A DNA stretch of 37,151 nt from Nemertoderma westbladi (lineage: Eukaryota > Animalia > Xenacoelomorpha), in contig JAUCBJ010003818.1 of NCBI GenBank assembly GCA_032718475.1, positions 1-37,151 of the forward strand. Reading direction: 5' to 3'. Positions 12,633 to 23,801 of the stretch are shown piece by piece. Position 1 is the stretch's first letter. Every line of letters starts with the position of its first letter. A model generated the notes under the pieces. It ran no database searches, was not told where the DNA came from, and saw only the letters and a program-made list of their open reading frames with translations. The position numbers were made by a program, and so were the translations under genes.

Positions 12633-15600
12633 CTAGCTAGGTCCCCACCACTCACTCACTGCTAACATCCCGTTAGCTAGGTCCCCACCACTCACCCACT
12701 GCTAACATCCCGTTAGCTAGGTCCCCACCACTCACTCACTGCTAACATCCCGTTAGCTAGGTCCCCACCACTCACCCACTGCTAACATCGCGTTAGCTAG
12801 GTCCCCACCACTCACCCACTGCTAACATCCCGTTAGCTAGGTCCCCACCACTCACTCACTGCTAACATCCCGTTAGCTAGGTCCCCACCACTCACCCACT
12901 GCTAACATCCCGTTAGCTAGGTCCCCACCACTCACCCACTGCTAACATCCCGTTAGCTAGGTCCCCACCACTCACTCACTGCTAACATCCCGTTAGCTAG
13001 GTCCCCACCACTCACCCACTGCTAACATCCCGTTAGCTAGGTCCCCACCACTCACCCACTGCTAACATTCCGTTAGCTAGGTCCCCACCACTCACTCACT
13101 GCTAACATCCCGTTAGCTAGGTCCCCATCACTCACCCACTGCTACATCCCATTAGCTAGGTCCCCACCACTCACCCACTGCTAACATCCCGCTAGCTATG
13201 TCCCCACCACTCACCCACTGCTACATCCCATTAGATAGGTCCCCACCAATCACCCACTGCTAACATCCCGTTAGCTAGGTCCCCACCACTCACCCACTGC
13301 TAACATCCCGTTAGCTAGGTCCCCACCACTCACCCACTGCTACCATCCCGTTAGCTAGGTCCCCACCACTCACCCACTGCTAACATCCCGTTAGCTAGGT
13401 CCCCACCACTCACCCACTGCTAACATCCCGTTAGCTAGGTCCCCACCACTCACCCACTGCTAACATCCCGTTAGCTAGGTCCCCACCACTCACCCACTGC
13501 TAACATCCCGTTAGCTATGTCCCCACCACTCACTCACTGCTAACATCCCGTTAGCTAGGTCCCCACCACTCACCCACTGCTAACATCCCGCTAGCTATGT
13601 CCCCACCACTCACCCACTGCTACATCCCATTAGCTAGGTCCCCACCAATCACCCACTGCTAACATCCTGTTAGATAGGTCACCACCACTCACCCACTGCT
13701 AACATCCCGCTAGCTAGGTCCCCACCACTCACTCACTGCTAACATCCCGTTAGCTAGGTCCCCACCACTCACCCACTGCTAACATCCCGTTAGCTAGGTC
13801 CCCACCACTCACCCACTGCTAACATCCCGTTAGCTAGGTCCCCACCACTCACCCACTGCTAACATCCCGTTAGCTAGGTCCCCACCAATCACCCACTGCT
13901 AACATCCTGTTAGATAGGTCACCACCACTCACCCACTGCTAACATCCCGTTAGCTAGGTCCCCACCACTCACCCACTGCTAACATCCCGTTAGCTAGGTC
14001 CCCACCACTCACCCACTGCTAACATCCCGCTAGCTAGGTACCCACCACTCACCCACGGCTAACATCCCGCTAGCTAGGTCCCCACAACTCACCCACGGCT
14101 AACATCCCGCTAGCTAGGTCCCTACCACTCACCCACTGGTAACATCCCGTTAGCTAGGTCCCCACCACTCACCCACTGCTAACATCCCGTTAGCTAGGTT
14201 CCCACCACTCACCCACTGCTAACATCCCGCTAGCTAGGTACACACCACTCACCCACTGCTAACATCCCATTAGCTAGGTACCCACAACTCACCCACGGCT
14301 AACATCCCGCTAGCTAGGTCCCTACCACTCACCCACTGCTAACATCCCGTTAGCTAGGTCCCCACCACTCACCCACTGCTAACATCCCGTTAGCTAGGTT
14401 CCCACCACTCACCCACTGCTAACATCCCGCTAGCTAGGTACACACCACTCACCCACTGCTAACATCCCATTAGCTAGGTCCCCACCACTCACCCACTGCT
14501 AACATCCCGCTAGCTAGGTACACACCACTCACCCACTGCTAACATCCCGCTAGCTAGGTACACACCACTCACCCACTGCTAACATCCCGTTAGCTAGGTC
14601 CCCACCACTCACCCACTGCTAACATCCCGTTAGCTAGGTCCCCACCACTCACCCACTGCTAACATCCCGTTAGCTAGGTCCCCACCACTCACCCACTGCT
14701 AACATCCCGTTAGCTAGGTCCCCACCACTCACCCACTGCTAACATCCCGTTAGCTAGGTCCCCACCACTCACCCACTGCTAACATCCCGTTAGCTAGGTC
14801 CCCACCACTCACTCACTGCTAACATCCCGTTAGCTAGGTCCCCACCACTCACCCACTGCTAACATCCCGTTAGCTAGGTCCCCACCACTCACTCACTGCT
14901 AACATCCCGTTAGCTAGGTCCCCACCACTCACCCACTGCTAACATCGCGTTAGCTAGGTCCCCACCACTCACCCACTGCTAACATCCCGTTAGCTAGGTC
15001 CCCACCACTCACTCACTGCTAACATCCCGTTAGCTAGGTCCCCACCACTCACCCACTGCTAACATCCCGTTAGCTAGGTCCCCACCACTCACCCACTGCT
15101 AACATCCCGTTAGCTAGGTCCCCACCACTCACTCACTGCTAACATCCCGTTAGCTAGGTCCCCACCACTCACCCACTGCTAACATCCCGTTAGCTAGGTC
15201 CCCACCACTCACCCACTGCTAACATTCCGTTAGCTAGGTCCCCACCACTCACTCACTGCTAACATCCCGTTAGCTAGGTCCCCACCACTCACCCACTGCT
15301 ACATCCCATTAGCTAGGTCCCCACCACTCACCCACTGCTAACATCCCGCTAGCTATGTCCCCACCACTCACCCACTGCTACATCCCATTAGCTAGGTCCC
15401 CACCAATCACCCACTGCTAACATCCCGTTAGCTAGGTCCCCACCACTCACCCACTGCTAACATCCCGTTAGCTAGGTCCCCACCACTCACCCACTGCTAC
15501 CATCCCGTTAGCTAGGTCCCCACCACTCACCCACTGCTAACATCCCGTTAGCTAGGTCCCCACCACTCACCCACTGCTAACATCCCGTTAGCTAGGTCCC

Positions 15601-17302
15601 CACCACTCACCCACTGCTAACATCCCGTTAGCTAGGTCCCCACCACTCACCCACTGCTAACATCCCGTTAGCTAGGTCCCCACCACTCACTCACTGCTAA
15701 CATCCCGTTAGCTAGGTCCCCACCACTCACCCACTGCTAACATCCCGCTAGCTATGTCCCCACCACTCACCCACTGCTACATCCCATTAGCTAGGTCCCC
15801 ACCAATCACCCACTGCTAACATCCTGTTAGATAGGTCACCACCACTCACCCACTGCTAACATCCCGCTAGCTAGGTCCCCACCACTCACTCACTGCTAAC
15901 ATCCCGTTAGCTAGGTCCCCACCACTCACCCACTGCTAACATCACGTTAGCTAGGTCCCCACCACTCACCCACTGCTAACATCCCGTTAGCTAGGTCCCC
16001 ACCACTCACCCACTGCTAACATCCCGTTAGCTAGGTCCCCACCAATCACCCACTGCTAACATCCTGTTAGATAGGTCACCCCACTCACCCACTGCTAACA
16101 TCCCGTTAGCTAGGTCCCCACCACTCACCCACTGCTAACATCCCGTTAGCTAGGTCCCCACCACTCACCCACTGCGAACATCCCGCTAGCTAGGTACCCA
16201 CCACTCACCCACGGCTAACATCCCGCTAGCTAGGTCCCCACAACTCACCCACGGCTAACATCCCGCTAGCTAGGTCCCTACCACTCACCCACTGCTAACA
16301 TCCCGTTAGCTAGGTCCCCACCACTCACCCACTGCTAACATCCCGTTAGCTAGGTTCCCACCACTCACCCACTGCTAACATCCCGCTAGCTAGGTACACA
16401 CCACTCACCCACTGCTAACATCCCATTAGCTAGGTACCCACAACTCACCCACGGCTAACATCCCGCTAGCTAGGTCCCTACCACTCACCCACTGCTAACA
16501 TCCCGTTAGCTAGGTCCCCACCACTCACCCACTGCTAACATCCCGTTAGCTAGGTTCCCACCACTCACCCACTGCTAACATTCCGCTAGCTAGGTACCCA
16601 CCACTCACCCACTGCTAACATCCCATTAGCTAGGTACCCACCACTCACCCACGGCTAACATCCCGCTAGCTAGGTCCCCACCACTCACCTACTGCTAATA
16701 TCCCGTTAGCTAGGTCCCCACCACTCACCCACTGCTAACATCCCGCTAGCTAGGTCCCTACCACTCACCCACTGCTAACATCCCGTTAGCTCTACTGCTA
16801 ACATCCCGTTAGCTAGGTCCCCACCACTCACCCACTGCTAACATCCCGCTAGCTAGGTCCCTACCACTCACCCACTGCTAACATCCCGTTAGCTAGGTCC
16901 CCACCACTCACCCACTGCTAACATCCCGCTAGCTAGGTCCCTACCACTCACCCACTGCTAACATCCCGTTAGCTAGGTCCCCACCACTCACCCACTGCTA
17001 ACATCCCGTTAGCTAGGTCCCCACCACTCACCCACTGCTAACATCCCGTTAGCTAGGTCCCCACCACTCACCCACTGCTAACATCCCGTTAGCTAGGTCC
17101 CCACCACTCACCCACTGCTAACATCCCGTTAGCTAGGTCCCCACCACTCACCCACTGCTAACATCCCGTTAGCTAGGTCCCCACCACTCACCCACTGTTA
17201 ACATCCCGTTAGCTAGGTCCCCACCACTCACCCACTGCTAACATCCCGTTAGCTAGGTCCCCACCACTCACCCACTGCTAACATCCCGTTAGCTAGGTCC
17301 CC
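12633..17302. repeat. 40-bp minisatellite, about 117 copies, derived from the annexin exon 3' end plus splice donor
   Basis: The + strand unit is ccactcacccactgctaacatcccgttagctaggtcccca. The final copy is coding sequence (GDLANGMLAV). Confidence 0.98.
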
Positions 17303-17598
17303 GCTCATCTCATTTCTAACGCTCTCCTCTATATCGCTGTTGCAAACTCTCTTGTACTCCTCGAAGGTGGCCCGTAACTGCGGGAAACTCCTACTAGCTA
17401 GAACCTGGTTGAACCGAATCTCATCCGTCCCCCATCGCTTCTCCCCCGCCTCGTATAAGGCCCGGGCGTCCGCTTGGGCCTTGGCCACGTCTACGTTGGG
17501 GTTGGTGTCTCGACCGGCAGCCAACATAGAGACCAGTAGCCGCCGGAAGTAACCTGACGTCTCGCTCTCAATGTCCTTTTCCAGGTTGCGTTTATGTT
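17272..17598 (-). CDS. Annexin exon, end of repeat 2 and repeat 3: (E)HKRNLEKDIESETSGYFRRLLVSMLAAGRD...GEKRWGTDE...NEMSGDLANGMLAV
   Basis: Acceptor attttacttcag, donor GTGG|gtgagt, phase 1 at both ends. Overlaps ORF 17249..17527. Contains the repeat-3 motif LYEAGEKRWGTDE. Confidence 0.95.
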
Positions 17599-18708
17599 CT
17601 GAAGTAAAATTGGTATTTCGTCAAAGGTTTGTAACTTTTATACAGACTTATATAAATATTTACAAATAAAACTTAATTTATGTTTTTACTATTGTAAGTT
17701 TTAAGTAGAAATTTAATTTGATATCTATAGTTGTTAAAACCAATAAATTTATTAATTGTTTATAGGGATGTCCCGGAATCGATATTTTGATTCCGGCCGG
17801 AACCGGAACCGGAATTCAACATGCCGGAATATTCCGGCCGGAATTCCGGCCGGAACCGGAATTTTCTATAATTAGTGAAATACACTAATTGACCCATGAA
17901 ATTGTATAATTTTTTGTGAAACAGATGAATTTTTTTTAATTTCTACAGCTAAGTTTGATAATGAGATGAATCACAACCTTGGGGGGAATTAAGGTGGGTG
18001 GAGTGGAGAATGGCCTGGCCCGTTACGGCCGTCTATGGGGACGGGATGGTACTTCGGCATTGAACGACAGGGAATTCAATATAATTTTTTTTCTAAAATC
18101 GATAACCTTGGCCAAAAGGCCAAAAGGTAGGTTTTTAGCATTTAGACTCATACCTAAAAAACTAAGTTAACCAGAAACCTACGGTTTCGCGTCACTGGGT
18201 CCATTGGTGCAATATCCTGGTGTCTTTAAGGGAAAGGAGCATGTTACAGAGACATGTTATTCGAACCAAAACAATAAACGAGGCCACTAGTACATCACAT
18301 GTTACAGTTTAATTGTTGCTGCTCCTTGCTGGGAATAAATAGATTTATGGTAAGAAATGGATTTGCTGTAAATAGAAACAAAACTACTATATTATGCAGC
18401 ACCTACGACGCAGAACTGAACTAACGACAACTCGCAGGACCTGTACGTATTGAAAAAAACGTTTTATATTTATATTAGTTTTAGGTTAAAGTAGTAATTG
18501 TAATTGTGTTAATCGTTAATCTAGTTTCATTGCTAACTTTACAAGGTTAGCAATTTATTTAGCCTCCTGTAATTATCATATTATTTAATAATTAATTCAA
18601 TGTAAAATAATGTAAAAAATCAATGTAAAATAATATAAAATCAATCTAAAAAAACGCCATTTTATAAGCAAATTGTAATAATTAAATTGGAAAAACCACT
18701 CGTTAAGA

Positions 18709-19043
18709 CCCGTGCTCCACTGGTAAGTCTTATGTAGTCTTAGTCAGAATAAATTATGGAACACATTGGTTTCAATGGGGGCGTCTCCACTGGTAAATCG
18801 TAAGTTACGACCTATGAGTCGAAAGTGATTATGTCCCATGTTCCATCTTTTGACACATGACTCATGTGTTATATCCTGAAAGATGCCTGTGATTGGTTAC
18901 TTTGGGTATAAATATGCAGTAAATGTGAGACGCATCTTATATTTTTTATCAAGTGACTTATGGCTTGTGTTACCAATGGAGCAAGGAGGCATTCATTTTG
19001 ACATTCCGACTAAGCGACTTACGACTTACCAGTGGAGCACGGG
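18709..19043. mobile_element. MITE nested in the hAT element
   Basis: TIR cccgtgctccactggtaagtc / gacttaccagtggagcacggg, with further imperfect pairing inward and an internal copy near 18780. TSD unclear. Confidence 0.75.
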
Positions 19044-19285
19044 GGCCAATGATGCATTTCATAAAATATCTTCAGAAGGACAAATGGTTTAACGTAAATT
19101 AAGAGGGTTATTGTGAATTGTATATGAATACTACAGTAGGTGGTGTAACATATGGTGGGACCATTTTAGTTTGATTACCAGGTGAAATTGTTTTGGACAT
19201 GTGTTACATATACCAATCAAGACTGAATTCACTTTAATAAACAGGGTGGCTGTGAATTTTCCTTCGTTAGATAGGTTATTTAGGT

Positions 19286-19445
19286 TCCACCTTGGTGTAG
19301 TGGTTGCATTGATTTCCAATCTATCTGGAGGTCGTGGGTTCGATCCCCGCATGTGGGCCAAGACAGTCTTCGATTCGGCACGAATGGTTTGAAGGGGCTA
19401 ACCAGGGGGCATCCTTAAATGTTAGCTCTAACGGTCGAAGAAAAT
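19286..19445 (+). mobile_element. tRNA-derived SINE-like element nested in the hAT element
   Basis: A-box TGGTGTAGTGG (about 19293) and B-box GGTTCGATCCC (19337), then a non-tRNA body and a short A tail. No intact cloverleaf. Confidence 0.6.
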
Positions 19446-19799
19446 TTTATTTCTATACTTGTTTACAAGTGTTGAAAAGTATCTTAAACTAATTGGTAAT
19501 AATGTTTAAAAAATATACAAATGTTAATAATAATTTAACAAACTAATTTCAACTATCAAACTAGATATGAATCTTGCAATTCCGGTAAAATTCCGGCCGG
19601 AATTGACCCCATTCCGGCAATTACGGCCGGAACCGGAATTGGTCAAAAACCGCCGGAATTCCGACCGGAACGGAATTCCGGGACATCCCTAATTGTTTAT
19701 AATTTAAACAGAAGAGAATAATTTATAGATAGAAATTAAGCATTGTAGCATCTTGAATCGCTCGGACCACTAATACCTTACCATAAGTTTACCAGTTAC

Positions 19800-20004
19800 C
19801 TTTAGTGTAGGCCGCTTTGATATCGACAATCTCCTCGTTTGATCGCGTGCATAGTATCTCTATAAGAGTAGACTCGTCTGTCCCCACCCCCTTCATCGCT
19901 TTGCGCAACCATCTCGCGTCTCGCACAGCGGGTGACGTCAGCAAAGACAGTATTAAACGCTCGAAATCACCACTCAGTTCCGATTTAAGAGAAGAAGACA
20001 GCTC
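19800..20004 (-). CDS. Annexin exon, end of repeat 1 and repeat 2: ELSSSLKSELSGDFERLILSLLTSPAVRDARWLRKAMKGVGTDESTLIEILCTRSNEEIVDIKAAYTK
   Basis: Acceptor ttatttag, donor AAAG|gtaact, 68 codons + 1 nt, canonical AMKGxGTDE..LIEILCTRSN motif. Confidence 0.95.
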
Positions 20005-20039
20005 CTAAATAACAATTATAATAACAATTGTTATTATAG

Positions 20040-21781
20040 GCTCTGGAGAGAGAACCTATCTGGTTTGTCATACTTCTGAAGTTAAGGATGAGCTTCACTT
20101 CCTGTGTCTGTCGGGTGCAGGACCGATTATCGCTATCTGATACTATTAGTAACTTGTCAGTAAAGTGCCAACTTAAATTATTGGATGACCAGTAGTCGGC
20201 TTTTATATCTGAACTATTTGTACAGCGTAAGGAATTGATTGATCTATAAGAATCTCTTATTGCAGTAATGCTCTGTATTCGTATCTCAGTAATGCTCTGT
20301 ATCCGTATCTCAGTAATGCTCTGTATTCGTATCTCAGTAATGCCCTGTATCCGTATCTCAGTAATGCTCTGTATCTGTATCTCATTAATGCTCTGTATTC
20401 TTATCTCAGTAATGCTCTGTATCCGTATCTCAGTAATGCTCTGTATCCGTATCTCAGTAATGCTCTGTATCCGTATCTCAGTAATGCTCTGTATCCGTAT
20501 CTCAGTAATGCTCTGTATCCGTATCTCAGTAATGCCCTGTATCCGTATCTCAGTAATGCTCTGTATCTGTATCTCATTAATGCTCTGTATTCGTATCTCA
20601 GTAATGCTCTGTATCCGTATCTCAGTAATGCTCTGTATTCGTATCTCAGTAATGCTCTGTATCCGTATCTCAGTAATGCTCTGTATTCGTATCTCAGTAA
20701 TGCTCTGTATCCGTATCTCAGTAATGCCCTGTATCCGTATCTCAGTAATGCTCTGTATTCGTATCTCAGTAATGCCCTGTATCCGTATCTCAGTAATGCT
20801 CTGTATCTGTATCTCATTAATGCTCTGTATTCGTATCTCAGTAATGCTCTGTATCCGTATCTCAGTAATGCTCTGTATTCGTATCTCAGTAATGCTCTGT
20901 ATCCGTATCTCAGTAATGCTCTGTATCAGTATCTCAGTAATGCTCTGTATCCGTATCTCAGTAATGCTCTGTATCCGTATCTCAGTAATGCTCTGTATCC
21001 GTATATCAGTAATGCTCTGTATTCGTATCTCAGTAATGCTCTGTATCCGTATCTCAGTAATGCTCTGTATCCGTATCTCAGTAATGCTCTGTATCCGTAT
21101 CTCAGTAATGCTCTGTATTCGTATCTCAGTAATGCTCTGTATCCGAATCTCAGTAATGCCCTGTAAACGTATCTCAGTAATGCTCTGTATCCGTATCTCA
21201 GTAATGCTCTGTATCCGTATCTCAGTAATGCTCTGTATCCGTATATCAGTAATGCTTGGTATTCTTATCTCAGTAATGCTCTGTATCTGTATCTCAGTAA
21301 TGCTCTGTATCCGTATCTCAGTAATGCTCTGTATCCGTATATCAGTAATGCTTGGTATTCTTATCTCAGTAATGCTCTGTATCTGTATCCCAGTAATGCT
21401 CTGTATCTGTATCTCAGTAATGCTCTGTATCCGTATCTCAGTAATGCTCTGTATCCGTATCTCAGTAATGCTCTGTATCCGTATATCAGTAATGCTTGGT
21501 ATTCTTATCTCAGTAATGCTCTGTATCCGTATTTCAGTAATGCTCTGTATCTGTATCCCAGTAATGCTCTGTATCTGTATCTCAGTAATGCTCTGTATCC
21601 GTATCTCAGTAATGCTTTGTATCTGTGGCTCTGTATTTCTATCATTTGTATTGATGTTAGTATCTACGTGTTATTTTTGTGTATAATATTATTTATTATT
21701 ATGTATTATGTACTTGTTAAGTCTGATAAGTCGGTTACGGCTGGGGGCTTGAGCCCATGACATTAAAATTCAATTCAATTT
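20040..21781 (+). mobile_element. 5'-truncated non-LTR retrotransposon 3' end, interrupted by a 24-bp array
   Basis: 20048-20110 reads ERTYLVCHTSEVKDELHFLCL, resembling the ORF2 C-terminal ERxCxxC..EDExHFLxxC knuckle. After the array come a T-rich tail, ATTAAA and (attca)n repeats near 21762-21780. Confidence 0.55.
20263..21627. repeat. 24-bp minisatellite, about 57 copies
   Basis: Unit gtaatgctctgtatccgtatctca. It explains the MLCIRISV and RYGYRALL pseudo-ORFs. Confidence 0.97.
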
Positions 21782-22011
21782 AAAAAATAATGACAAATGG
21801 CGCTAAACGGATATTGAAAAATAACCGTATTTACGAAAAATAATTGTACGAAAACTCCAGTTCAATGTCAACAAGCATATTTAAACGTAAAGTATCTACT
21901 GTAGTTTATCAAAATTATAATCATATAAGTAATCATAATCAATGATAATTTTTAAATGTTGCAGTTTAAACAAATTCATCAAATTCGTTATGAGAGTTAA
22001 TAATAGCTAAC

Positions 22012-22191
22012 CTTTCCGTATCCAGTTTTATAAGCTTTGGCAATCTCTAGCCGTTGTGCCGACGACTTGGGACATATTATCTCAATTATCCCCTTACTAT
22101 CGCATCCCATTCCTTTGAATGCTTTCTTAAGTAATTCAGCATCTCTATACGAGTCGAAGTTAGTAGCTGGTCGGATTGTGGGTTCAAGTGT
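22012..22191 (-). CDS. Annexin exon, repeat 1: TLEPTIRPATNFDSYRDAELLKKAFKGMGCDSKGIIEIICPKSSAQRLEIAKAYKTGYGK
   Basis: Acceptor ttttctcttacag, donor AAG|gttagc, 60 open codons, annexin repeat-1 pattern. Missed by the ORF track. Confidence 0.93.
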
Positions 22192-22689
22192 CTGTAAGAG
22201 AAAGATACGAATTTATATAGAATAAAAAGTATACGATTTTGTTCAATACACTGAAAAAACCAAACCTGTATTTGTGATTTTCACCCTAGGTTTTAAATTA
22301 TAACATAGGTTTTCAATTTGGAACTTCCGATTTCGAAAAAAGAATAAGTGTTTCAAATTAACGATTTATATAATTAGTTTGAGTGGTATTGACTTGACAT
22401 TAGGGTTAATTACAATTACTTTTAAAAGAATTATAAAACTTTTAATATTTTTTTATCAAACTACTGGTTTCTCAAAAAACCCTAGTTTTAATGAGAAAAA
22501 AAACCACCGGTTTTAAATAATTTAATGATGGTTTTCTAATCAGTGACAAACCCGGGTTTAACCCCATAATAAACACATAATTAATGAAACAAAAACGGGG
22601 TTTTTGGGAATAAATCTATTTTTAATTACTGTTAAAAACTTGGGGTTTGTAAATTCTTTGAAAGTAGGGTTGTGGGTTGTGAAAACCAC

Positions 22690-23215
22690 TGTTTTTTTTT
22701 ATACATTAACCCTTCATTTTGTTGACTGATAAATCTGGGTTTTTAATCAATAAAGATTGAGGTTTGTAACAAATAAAATGCCGGTCTTATGATAATAATA
22801 GTCGCAAATTTGTACGAGAAAACCTGGGGTTTGATAATATTGGAAACCAGGGGTTTTGGTTAATTAAAACCATGCATTTTGTATACATTTAACCTTCATC
22901 TTGTTAACTGATAAACCTGGGTTTTTATTCAATAAAGATTGCGATTTTAAACAAATAAAATGCCGGTTTTATGATAATAACAGTCGCAAATATGTACCAG
23001 AAAATCTGGGATTTGATAATATTTGAAACTAGGGTTTTTTGTTAAATTAAAACATGCATTTTTTTTATACATTTAACCTTCATTTTGTTAACTGATAAAC
23101 CTGGGTTTTTATTCAATAATGATTGAGGTTTTTAACAAACAAAATGCCGGTTTTATAATAATAATAAGTCATAAATGAATGCGATAATACCTGGGGTTTG
23201 TTAATATTTGAAACC
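22690..23215. repeat. About 183-bp degenerate tandem repeat, 3 copies, inside the EnSpm-type element
   Basis: atacatt(t)aaccttcattttgtt(a/g)actgataaa.ctgggttttt recurs at about 22701, 22883 and 23067. Confidence 0.85.
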
Positions 23216-23801
23216 TTCTTACCCATAATGCCGCACAAGTCCCTAAAAGCCAAAAGGTGTTTACCATGCGCTCCATAGCCATGGAAATTCAAATGATAAA
23301 GACACAAATTTATATATTTTTGGCGGTTAATTCAAATCATTTGAATTTCCCGGGCGATCTATCATGGTCGGAGCAGGTTGGCACCTGACCTATTCCTGTA
23401 TTCATGTATTCAGCTATACATTATTGACTTGTATCATACCTAAATGCCGCATTCTGCATTCAGCATTGGACCGGTGCATATCTGCCTATTGCAATAGCCT
23501 CTGATACCAGCACTGTAGCACTGTAGCATGAGCACTAAGACTGCACACCGTACAATTTTTTTGGCCGCCTGGGTTTACTAGTTTTAGGCCTTTAGCAGTT
23601 TAGTGCAGTACTGCAGTAGCAGAGTACAGGAATAGGACCCCAGGGCCAGGAGTAGGGCTGCAGGCTGTGCTGTAGTATACTGCTACAGTGCTATATATAC
23701 CGGGAACTATTTATTAGGCCTACCGGTATCTCTGTACCGTACCTTGTAGCCTATTGTTATACCAGTCAGCCAGTATATTGTCACTGTTAGGGCATATTAT
23801 T

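Larger units (their letters stand above)
17763..19691. mobile_element. Non-autonomous hAT (Ac/Ds-like) DNA transposon
   Basis: TIR TAGGGATGTCCCGGAAT ... ATTCCGGGACATCCCTA. Perfect 8-bp TSD attgttta (17755-17762 and 19692-19699). Subterminal ccggaa/ccggccgg repeats at both ends. No transposase ORF. Confidence 0.9.
11239..22191 (-). other. Annexin gene span (five coding exons, four-repeat core; invertebrate annexin B / A7-A13-like). The start exon lies upstream of 22191
   Basis: The exons (180+205+327+182+54 = 948 nt) join in frame with GT-AG introns of phase 0,1,1,0, giving 315 aa plus stop. The four endonexin folds (KGMGCD, KGVGTD, EKRWGTD, KGMGTD) are each followed by an acidic cap (SELSG, SETSG, NEMSG, SEISG). 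Confidence 0.95.

Noticed and set aside
19286-19370. tRNA gene (also 11630-11725)
   Set aside because: A and B boxes are present, but there are no convincing acceptor and anticodon stems. Treated as SINE heads.
20268-21686. 472-aa MLCIRISV ORF and the antisense RYGYRALL ORF
   Set aside because: Both are translations of a stop-free 24-bp repeat inside an intron.
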